Assembly (NCBI GenBank): GCA_002782345.1
Contig: PFHO01000019.1
Span: 1-24,339 of the forward strand
Direction: 5' to 3'
Length of the DNA: 24,339 bases
Source: Candidatus Moranbacteria bacterium CG_4_8_14_3_um_filter_34_16
GTDB lineage: Bacteria; Patescibacteriota; Minisyncoccia; Moranbacterales; UBA2206
Notes under the pieces: generated by a model
The model's input: only the letters and a program-made list of their open reading frames with translations
Database searches by the model: none
What the model was told of the DNA's origin: nothing
Made by a program: the position numbers and the translations under genes
Shown here: positions 16,727 to 24,339 of the stretch, piece after piece
How the letters are laid out: each line of letters starts with the position of its first letter
How positions within the stretch are numbered: the stretch's first letter is position 1

Positions 16727-17155
16727 ATGTTAAATATTTTAACTGCTAAAAGAAATATTTTTTGGAAAAAAAAATTCCCAAATAGAGAAAGTTTTTGCGT
16801 TTTGCAAAAATCGGATTTTATTTTTAGTAAAAAAACAATTAAAGAACGAGTGTCCGAAGGAAAAGGAAGCGTTAAAATCAATTTTATGGGGATATTTTTC
16901 AGTTTTGTTTTTATGGTGTCTCTTTTGGGAGGAATTTATCTTTATCAAGTGAATGATTTAGTTGGTAAAGGATATCAAATCAAAGAGATTGAGAATAAGT
17001 TGGAACAGCTCAAGAAAGAAAATGAACAAGAAAAAATAAAAGAAGTTGAGCTTAGATCTATGCGAAATATTGAAAAATCAATAGAAAATCTTAATTTAGT
17101 AAGCTCCAATGAAGTTTCATTTTTAGAGATTAATGGTCCGGTGGCGATGAAATAA
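16727..17155 (+). CDS. FtsL-like bitopic cell division protein
   Basis: Position between rsmH and the PBP; basic N-terminus, one TM helix (IFFSFVFMVSLLGGIYLYQV), then a coiled coil. Confidence 0.7.
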   Translation: MLNILTAKRNIFWKKKFPNRESFCVLQKSDFIFSKKTIKERVSEGKGSVKINFMGIFFSFVFMVSLLGGIYLYQVNDLVGKGYQIKEIENKLEQLKKENEQEKIKEVELRSMRNIEKSIENLNLVSSNEVSFLEINGPVAMK

Positions 17156-17212
17156 AGAAAGGGAAAAAATTAATAAAAAATAGAAAACGCCGGATTTTTT
17201 TAAAAAATATAT

Positions 17213-19135
17213 ATGAAACCGGCAATTTTTTTGCGAAGAGAAAAAGAACAAAATAAGAAAAAAAATTTTTGCGGACGAAAAAAATGTTCTGGCGAAGAAA
17301 GCGGTTTTAACATGCGTCTTTTTGCGTTAATTTTTTTTGTTTTTGCGATAGCGGGAATTATATTTTTTCGTCTTTATGATTTGCAAGTTTTTGCTAGAGA
17401 TTATTATATCGGTTTGGCGGACAATCAACATTACATATTGAAAAATATTTTTCCCAAAAGAGGGGAAATTTTTTTCAAAGATAAAAATAGAAACCAGTCA
17501 TCTTTTCCCGCAGCGATTAACAAAAAATCGCAATTGGTTTATGCGGTTCCTTACGAAGTGGAAAATCTTGTTGGGTCAATAAAAGAAATTGCGCAAAATT
17601 TGTCAATGGAAGAAAATGAGATAAGGGAGAAAATGAAAAATAAAAAGAGTATGTATAGCGTGATAAAAAAAAGAATTTCGCAAGAAGAAGCGGAAAAAAT
17701 AGAAAATATGAAAATGAAAGGAATTTATCTGGCGGAAGATATTTTCCGTTATTATCCAGCAGAAGATTTGGCTTCCAATGTATTGGGATTTGTCGGTTGG
17801 AAAGAAAATTCACTGGAGGGAAGATACGGGATTGAATCTTATTTTGAAGATAAATTAAGAGGAACACAGGGAAAAATTTCTCACAAAAAAGACAATTCCG
17901 GCAGTTGGATTCCTTTTGAAGATAAAGAAATAACCTTAGCTCAAGATGGCGATGATTTGTTTTTAACGATAGATCATATTATCCAGTATGAAACGGAAAA
18001 AATTTTGGCGGGAGCGGTTGAAAAATTTGGAGCGGAAAGAGGTTTGGTTATAGTTATGAATCCCAAAAACGGTCAAATTATTTCTTTAGCCAATTATCCT
18101 TCTTTCAATCCCAACGAATACGGCAAAGTTGAAAATATGGAAAATTTCAAAAATTTGGTGGGAGAAGCTTATGAATGCGGAAGTGTTTTTAAAGGTATAA
18201 CTTTAGCGTCGGCTATTGACAACGGAAAGATAAATCCGGAAACTACTTATGTTGATACTGGAACAGTCAATATCTCCGGATATAATATCAAAAATTCCGA
18301 TTTGAAAGCTTATGGATTGCAGACAATGACGCAAGTTTTAGAAAAATCTCTCAATACCGGTTCCATCTATGCGGAAAAAGTTTTAGGCAACAAGAATTTT
18401 TCCGATTATATAAAAAGATTTGGTTTTGGAGAAAAAACCGGGCTGGAACTTCCGGGAGAAAATTCCGGCAACTTGTCAAATTTGGAGAATCTCAAAAAAG
18501 ATATTCAGTTTTTTACCGCTTCTTTTGGGCAAGGGACAACAGTTACTCCCATTCAACTTATTTCGGCTTACAGTGCTATTGCTAATGGAGGAATGCTTTT
18601 TAAACCTCAAATAGTAGAAAAAATTTCTCATAAGAACGGAACGGAGGAACCGTTGCAACCGCAAGAAATAAGAAAAGTTATTTCACAAAATACCGCCAAT
18701 CAAATTTCTCAAATGTTGCAAAGCGTAGTTGAAAAGGGGCATGGAAAAAGAGCCGGAGTGCCGGGATATAAAGTGGCGGGAAAAACCGGGACAGCTCAGG
18801 TGGCGAGCGGAACTCAAAAAGGTTATGAAGAAGGAGCAAGTATTGGAAGTTTTGTCGGATTTGCTCCGGTTGACAATCCGCAATTTTCAATTTTGGTGCG
18901 TTTAGATAATCCGAAAAATGTTGAATGGGCGGAATCTAGCGCGGCTCCGGTTTTTGGCGAATTGATGAAATTTCTGTTAAGCTATGAAAACATTGAACCA
19001 ACGGAAAAATATGTTCAAAACGATTTGGACAATTTTGAAAAATTGCATGATTTGAAAAAATATTTTGCCGAATTTGAAAAAGAAAAGAAAAAAGAAGAAA
19101 AGAAAAAAGAAGATAATCAAAATAAGGAAAATTAA
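17213..19135 (+). CDS. ftsI: Class B penicillin-binding protein (FtsI/PBP2-like transpeptidase)
   Basis: TM anchor, PKRGEIF, RYYP, LEGRYGIESYF, LTID; active-site motifs GSVFK (SxxK), SLN (SxN) and KTG; dcw context. Confidence 0.92.
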   Translation: MKPAIFLRREKEQNKKKNFCGRKKCSGEESGFNMRLFALIFFVFAIAGIIFFRLYDLQVFARDYYIGLADNQHYILKNIFPKRGEIFFKDKNRNQSSFPAAINKKSQLVYAVPYEVENLVGSIKEIAQNLSMEENEIREKMKNKKSMYSVIKKRISQEEAEKIENMKMKGIYLAEDIFRYYPAEDLASNVLGFVGWKENSLEGRYGIESYFEDKLRGTQGKISHKKDNSGSWIPFEDKEITLAQDGDDLFLTIDHIIQYETEKILAGAVEKFGAERGLVIVMNPKNGQIISLANYPSFNPNEYGKVENMENFKNLVGEAYECGSVFKGITLASAIDNGKINPETTYVDTGTVNISGYNIKNSDLKAYGLQTMTQVLEKSLNTGSIYAEKVLGNKNFSDYIKRFGFGEKTGLELPGENSGNLSNLENLKKDIQFFTASFGQGTTVTPIQLISAYSAIANGGMLFKPQIVEKISHKNGTEEPLQPQEIRKVISQNTANQISQMLQSVVEKGHGKRAGVPGYKVAGKTGTAQVASGTQKGYEEGASIGSFVGFAPVDNPQFSILVRLDNPKNVEWAESSAAPVFGELMKFLLSYENIEPTEKYVQNDLDNFEKLHDLKKYFAEFEKEKKKEEKKKEDNQNKEN

Positions 19136-19136
19136 A

Positions 19137-20471
19137 ATGGAAAAAAAAGAAAATCAAAAATCGTTAAAAATAATTTTTTTGGAAAAAACTTTGCGTTTTA
19201 TGGCGCGAGCGGTTTTAAAAAAATATAAACCGAAAATAGTCGGCATTACTGGATCGGTAGGGAAAAGTTCTTCTAAAGAAGCGATTTTTTCCGTTTTGAC
19301 GGAACATTTCAATGTGAGAAAAAATGAAAAAAATTACAATAATGAAATAGGTTTGCCTCTTTCCATAATCGGATCTTTGGCAGGCGGACGATCGGTCGGA
19401 AAATGGTTAAAAGTTTTGACGCGTTGGATTGGAATTATTGTTTTTCCCGTAAAATATCCAGAAATTTTGATTTTGGAAATGGGAGCGGACCGACCGGGAG
19501 ATATCAAATATCTGACGGAGTTTATAAAATGTCAAATAGCTGTCGTTACGGATATTTCGGGAAGCCATTTGGAATATTTCAAAACTTTAAACGGAATCGC
19601 CAAAGAAAAGCTTTCTTTGGTTGAAAACATTTCTTCTGATGGTTCAGTTGCTGTTAATATTGACAATCCTTACATATTCAAATTTTGCAATCATCCGAAA
19701 AATAAAGAAAAGAAATTTGTTACTTTTGGTTTTAGTCCTGAAGCGGAAGCACGGGCGACGGATATTTTTTATAATTATAACGGACAAGGGACGGAAGGAA
19801 TAAAAGGTTTAAGTTTTAAACTTAATCACAAAGGAACAACAATCCCGGTGAGACTCAATGGAGTTTTAGCTAGACATAGCATCTATGCGGCTTTGAGTGC
19901 GATTTCAGTCGGAATTGTTTTGGGAATAAACTTAGTAGAGATTGCGAAATCATTGGAAAATTTTTCTTTGCCTCCTGGAAGAATGACTTTGATTTCGGGG
20001 ATAAAAAACAGTTTTATTATTGATGACACTTACAATGCCTCTCCCGTTTCAACTTTGGCGGCTTTTCAAGCTTTTAAAGAAATTAAAGCAACAAGAAAAA
20101 TAGCGGTTTTGGGAGATATGCTGGAATTGGGATTAGATACGGAAGAAGGGCATAAAAAAGTGGCACAGGAGTTTCTTGATATAAAAGGAGATATATTTTT
20201 TGCAGTAGGTCAAAGAATGAAAATGGGAGCTTTCGGCGTTTTTTCTCAAGAGGAAAATCAGGAAAAGATATTTTTCTTTTCTGATGTTTTTTCCGCCGGA
20301 AAAAAATTACAAGAAATAATCCGTCCTGGAGATTTGATTTTAGTGAAAGGTTCGCAAGGGATGAGAATGGAAAAAGTGGTGGAGGAAGTTATGGCGGAAC
20401 CGATGAAAGCTTCAAAACTTTTATGTCGTCAAGAAATTGCTTGGAAAAAAATTCTGGTAAAAAAAGTTTGA
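19137..20471 (+). CDS. murF: UDP-N-acetylmuramoyl-tripeptide--D-Ala-D-Ala ligase
   Basis: GITGSVGKSSSKE, NYNNEIGLP, ILEMGAD, IIDDTYNASP, AVLGDMLELG, ILVKGSQG. Start moved to ATG 19137, just after the ftsI stop. Confidence 0.94.
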   Translation: MEKKENQKSLKIIFLEKTLRFMARAVLKKYKPKIVGITGSVGKSSSKEAIFSVLTEHFNVRKNEKNYNNEIGLPLSIIGSLAGGRSVGKWLKVLTRWIGIIVFPVKYPEILILEMGADRPGDIKYLTEFIKCQIAVVTDISGSHLEYFKTLNGIAKEKLSLVENISSDGSVAVNIDNPYIFKFCNHPKNKEKKFVTFGFSPEAEARATDIFYNYNGQGTEGIKGLSFKLNHKGTTIPVRLNGVLARHSIYAALSAISVGIVLGINLVEIAKSLENFSLPPGRMTLISGIKNSFIIDDTYNASPVSTLAAFQAFKEIKATRKIAVLGDMLELGLDTEEGHKKVAQEFLDIKGDIFFAVGQRMKMGAFGVFSQEENQEKIFFFSDVFSAGKKLQEIIRPGDLILVKGSQGMRMEKVVEEVMAEPMKASKLLCRQEIAWKKILVKKV

Positions 20472-20780
20472 AAGTAAAATAAAACATTAAGATTTTTTAG
20501 AATTTTTTTAAAAAACTGTATTAAAAAGGGGATTTTTTTGCAAGAAATATAGAAAATTATTTTTTTGCGTTAGCGAAAATAACAGAGAGGGCAGGAAAGA
20601 CAAGGAAAATAGAAAATTTTCTATCGTTAGAACTTACGCACTTGCTTTAAAATTACTAAAGCGTAAAGTGTAAAATTAAATTATCTCCCGCCAGTTTAAT
20701 TGAGATTGAAGCACTTGAGAGAGATTATCATTATTAATTTTTCGTCAAACGCATAAGTCCTAAAAAATAAAGAAAAGATT

Positions 20781-21638
20781 ATGAAAATTTTTTTGAGCCA
20801 ATATGCCGGTTTTTGTTCGGGAGTGGAAAGAGCCTTTGATATGGTGATGAATTTGGATATGGAAAAAGTCAAAAAACCAGTTTTTATTTTGGGAGCTTTG
20901 GTGCACAATGATGATGTTAATAGGCGGATAAAAGAAAAAGGAATTGCCGAGATCGGCTTAAAAGAATTAAGAAACAGTCTTTTTGGAGAAATTGGAACTT
21001 TGATTATAACTGCGCATGGAGATGGACCGGAAATTTTTGCGTTGGCTAAAGAAAAAGGAATGAATGTTATTGATACAACTTGTCCCAAAGTGATCAAGGT
21101 TCAAAGATTAGCAAAAGCTTTTTCGGAAAGGGGAATGCGGGTGGTGCTTGCGGGAGATAAAAATCATAAAGAAACGCTTGGAATTGACAGCTGGGGAGGA
21201 AAAAAATCGCTGATTGTTTCTTCCCCAGAAGATTTTTCGCGATTGGTTTTTTCGCCTCAAGAAAAAATAGCGGTTTTGTCTCAGACTACTCAAGACAAGA
21301 TTTTTTTTGAAAAAATCTGCCGTAAAATTAAAAAAAATAATCCGTCGGCGATTATTGAAAATACGATTTGTCTTACTAGTCGTAACCGTCAAAAGGAAGT
21401 CAAAAAATTGGCGAAAAAAAATGACGCGGTCGTGGTGATCGGTTCGCCTCATTCTGCCAATTCCAAACGACTTTTTGAAATCGCGCGTCGGATAAATAAA
21501 AAAACATTTTTTGTGGAAAATGTCAATCAAATTGAAAAAAAATGGTTTGAAGGAATTGATGCAGTTGGCGTGATCGCCGGAGCATCCACCCCGGAATGGA
21601 TTATTAAAGAAATATTAGAGAAAATAAAAAAAATGTAA
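20781..21638 (+). CDS. ispH: 4-hydroxy-3-methylbut-2-enyl diphosphate reductase (LytB)
   Basis: All three Fe-S cysteines (AGFCSGV, DTTCPKV, TICLTS) plus VHN, AHG, HKE, QTT, SANSKRL and GASTPEW motifs. Confidence 0.92.
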   Translation: MKIFLSQYAGFCSGVERAFDMVMNLDMEKVKKPVFILGALVHNDDVNRRIKEKGIAEIGLKELRNSLFGEIGTLIITAHGDGPEIFALAKEKGMNVIDTTCPKVIKVQRLAKAFSERGMRVVLAGDKNHKETLGIDSWGGKKSLIVSSPEDFSRLVFSPQEKIAVLSQTTQDKIFFEKICRKIKKNNPSAIIENTICLTSRNRQKEVKKLAKKNDAVVVIGSPHSANSKRLFEIARRINKKTFFVENVNQIEKKWFEGIDAVGVIAGASTPEWIIKEILEKIKKM

Positions 21639-22099
21639 CAATTCTATCGTTTAATAACTCGCGACCGCAATTTTTTTATTTTAGTCAAATACCTCCAAAA
21701 TTTTATTGGCTTGGTCAAAATTAAACCGCGAAAATTGTTTGAAAATTAAGTCTCAAAATCTGAAGAATTTTGTTTTTGACAAAAAAATAATAAGAACATT
21801 TTTCTTAAATGTTTCAGTCTTAAATTGACAGGAAATTAATTTCAAACCCCGTGCTTTATTTTAATGTAAGCACACAATCCTAAATTTATTAAACAATTAG
21901 TTTTAATGATGAGTCTGTGAGTGTTGAATTGGTTTGTCTTGTCTATAAGGGGAAAATAAGGTATAAAAGAGAAAAGACATAACAAGTGAAAGACATTTTT
22001 TTATTCATATTTTCACTTTTGCAAAGATAAACTTTTGCGAGAATCCATTAAAAAAGCTAAATGAAAATTTTGCATACTAAAAAAAATTAAAAAAAACAA

Positions 22100-22786
22100 A
22101 TGAACAAAAAAAAGTTTTTATTTTTAGGCGCGACAGGATTTCTTTTAGTAGTGATGGCTTTGGTTTATATTTTAGTTTTAAAGATGAATGATAAAGACAA
22201 TAGAATTGGAGAGAAATTGTCCAATATGATTTCTTCAAACAATTCTTCTCCAAAAAACATATCAAAAGAAAAGGCTAAAATTTTGCGTTTCAAATCGGAA
22301 GAAGAATTTGTCAAATATTTGAAAAAATCTTCACAAACAACAAATGGTTATAGCAATTTTTCATTATCCGCGTCGGATCAGGGGAGAGAAACTTGGCAAG
22401 AGTCTCCGAAAAGTTTTTCTAACCCGATACCAGAGGGTCTTTCAGCAAATGTTGCAAACACTTCTATTGAACCAGATAGATTTTCTCAAACCAATGTTCA
22501 AGTGAGCGGAATTGATGAACCGGATATTTTAAAAACCGACGGAAAGCAAGCCTTTTATTCACCCAAAATTACTTATTTTCCTGATATATATTATTCTGAA
22601 GGATCAACAGGAAATTCCCCAAATCTTAAAAATCCTCCCAATGGCGAACATAGGAATATGCCCAATCCAAATTATTATAAAAACAAAGAAGCGATTTTAA
22701 ATTTGAATGTTTTTCCTTTGGAAAATTTGGGAATTGTCGGAGAGATTGAAAATAAAGGGAAAATGCTTTTGAAAAAAATATCCTGA
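22100..22786 (+). CDS. Secreted/membrane-anchored beta-propeller domain protein (COG4880-like), 5' part
   Basis: N-terminal TM/signal segment; family motif FSQTNVQVSGIDEPDILKTDG. The frame ends after an A7 tract, while homology continues in the -1 frame. Confidence 0.8.
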   Translation: MNKKKFLFLGATGFLLVVMALVYILVLKMNDKDNRIGEKLSNMISSNNSSPKNISKEKAKILRFKSEEEFVKYLKKSSQTTNGYSNFSLSASDQGRETWQESPKSFSNPIPEGLSANVANTSIEPDRFSQTNVQVSGIDEPDILKTDGKQAFYSPKITYFPDIYYSEGSTGNSPNLKNPPNGEHRNMPNPNYYKNKEAILNLNVFPLENLGIVGEIENKGKMLLKKIS

Positions 22787-22788
22787 CT

Positions 22789-24192
22789 GTGCTGACAAAT
22801 GACGGAAAAATTTATGGTTATGATGTTTCTAACGCCAATTCTTCGGAAAAAAAATGGACTGTAGAATTGGGCAAAAGATCCAATTTAATTTCTTCCAGAG
22901 ATATGGCTGGCAAAATGTATTTGGTGGTTTTTTCTTATATTCAAAATCGTCAAAAACCTTGTCCAATTCAACCTTTAAAAATAAATAATCAGGATATTTC
23001 TTTCAATTGCGAGGATATTTCGTATATTGATAAAGAAGTAGATGTGAATGGAATTTTTCAAATAATGCAATTTGATCCTCAGACTGGAACGATAGAAAAA
23101 AAGATTGCTTTGACGGGAAGTTATCAATATGAAGAAAATCTTTATATGTCGCCAAACGCGATATATTTGAGCTACGGAGAAAATATGAGTCAATTTGATT
23201 TAATATCGGGTTTTGCCAAAGAAAATGGCGATCTTTTTTCTGTTGAAGCCAAAGAAAGATTGGAAAAACTGGCGAATTATGATATCAGTCAAGAAGCTAA
23301 AACGATTGAGGTGGAAAAAATAATGGAAGAAAATTTCAACCCATTGTCTTTTGACGATGACGCGAGAAAAAGACAAAAAAACGAGATTGAAAACAGAATG
23401 AAAGATTATCTATCCAAGCATAAAAGAGATTCTGTAAAAACAGGAATAGTAAAAATTTCCACAAAAAATTTGACTATTGAGTCAAATGGAGTGATTCCAG
23501 GGAGAATCTTAAACCAATTTTCTCTTGATGAATATAAAGGTTATTTGCGAGTGGCGACGACTGTTGGAGAAAATGTTTGGTCTTCGGCGGAAAATGAAAA
23601 TGATATCTATATTTTGGATAAAAAAATGGATATTTCCGGAAAAATTCAAGGGTTGGGAATGGATGAGAAAATTTATTCGGCTCGTTTTGTCGGAGATAAA
23701 GGTTATCTAGTAACTTTCAAACAAACTGATCCGTTTTTTGTGTTTGATCTTTCCAATTCCCAAAGCCCGCGCATGGCAGGAGAATTGAAAATTCCCGGTT
23801 ATTCTTCTTACCTTCATCCGATAAGTTCAAATTTAGTGTTGGGAATTGGGGAGGAAAATAATCAAGTGAAAATTTCTCTTTTTGATGTAAGCGATTCATC
23901 CAAACCGTTTGAAAAGGATAAATATATTTTGAAAGAATACTGGTCGGAAATTGCCAGCACCCATCATGCTTTTTTAATTGATGAAAAAAATAAAGTGTTT
24001 TTTTTGCCGGGTGGAACCGGAGGATATGTTTTTGGGTATGAAAATGACAAATTAACGCTAAAAAAAGCCTTAGATGAAAGAAATATTGAAAGAGCTCTTT
24101 ATATCAACGACTATCTATATATTTTTGGCAGTGAAGGGGTGGTGGTTTTAGATGAAAAAAATTGGGAAAAAGTCAAAGAATTGGATTTTTAA
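22789..24192 (+). CDS. Beta-propeller domain protein, 3' part of the same gene
   Basis: ILNQFSLDEYKGYLRVATT, IYSARFVGDKGYLVTFKQTDPFFVFDLS, GELKIPGYSSYLHP. No convincing independent start or signal peptide. Confidence 0.85.
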   Translation: MLTNDGKIYGYDVSNANSSEKKWTVELGKRSNLISSRDMAGKMYLVVFSYIQNRQKPCPIQPLKINNQDISFNCEDISYIDKEVDVNGIFQIMQFDPQTGTIEKKIALTGSYQYEENLYMSPNAIYLSYGENMSQFDLISGFAKENGDLFSVEAKERLEKLANYDISQEAKTIEVEKIMEENFNPLSFDDDARKRQKNEIENRMKDYLSKHKRDSVKTGIVKISTKNLTIESNGVIPGRILNQFSLDEYKGYLRVATTVGENVWSSAENENDIYILDKKMDISGKIQGLGMDEKIYSARFVGDKGYLVTFKQTDPFFVFDLSNSQSPRMAGELKIPGYSSYLHPISSNLVLGIGEENNQVKISLFDVSDSSKPFEKDKYILKEYWSEIASTHHAFLIDEKNKVFFLPGGTGGYVFGYENDKLTLKKALDERNIERALYINDYLYIFGSEGVVVLDEKNWEKVKELDF

Positions 24193-24320
24193 AAATTGGG
24201 AAATGATTTTGTTTTTGAATTTTAACTCAAAAATTCAAGAAGAGTTGCTTTTTTTGAGTTATTTTGGTAATCTTGAAGTGAACTAAAATTGAAAAAAATA
24301 AGTAACTAAAAATAAAAAAA

Positions 24321-24339
24321 ATGGAAAAGATTATCATTG
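24321..24339 (+). CDS. Possible start of a gene truncated by the window edge (MEKIII...)
   Basis: ATG after an A-rich leader like other starts here; only six codons visible. Confidence 0.25.

Noticed and set aside
19065-19136. Lys/Arg-rich N-terminal extension of MurF
   Set aside because: It is an artefact of an upstream TTG overlapping the low-complexity ftsI tail; ATG 19137 is the sensible start.
20472-20780. Riboswitch or sRNA upstream of ispH
   Set aside because: No recognisable aptamer consensus or convincing terminator/antiterminator was found by eye; an Rfam cmscan would be needed.
21639-22099. Hidden gene or ncRNA in the 460-bp ispH to beta-propeller spacer
   Set aside because: No credible ORF or extended structure, and the TTGACA hexamers lack properly spaced -10 boxes.

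Overview
AT-rich bacterial genomic window in genetic code 11. Gene content and 23S signatures are most consistent with a Patescibacteria/CPR (Parcubacteria-like) organism; this taxonomy is an inference. Gene order: rplK-rplA | MacB/LolD-type ABC ATPase with an extra duplicated C-terminal domain + FtsX/MacB permease | comF and clpC (minus strand) | ~1 kb regulatory/leader region | 23S rRNA and 5S rRNA with no linked 16S or tRNA | typA(bipA) | mraZ-rsmH-ftsL-like-ftsI-murF | ispH | frameshift-split secreted beta-propeller protein. The standout is the rRNA locus. The 23S gene is ~3.9 kb because seven helix tips (H9, H15/16 region, H25, H45, H63, H79, H98) are replaced by ORF-less, self-complementary, AT-rich inserts built from 7-bp-periodic repeats. 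Four of them share ~18-nt inverted terminal arms. The 5S gene has a similar insert at the tip of helix IV, and a free copy of the same repeat lies between mraZ and rsmH. This looks like one dispersed palindromic element family that has repeatedly colonised rRNA helix tips, at positions matching eukaryotic expansion segments. The inserts are either excised (highly fragmented rRNA) or retained (supersized ribosome). Upstream of the 23S are a 12-bp palindromic tandem array, a strong sigma70 promoter and a possible leader-peptide/terminator-antiterminator switch. Helix numbers come from manual comparison with the E. coli sequence from memory, and boundaries are approximate to a few nt.
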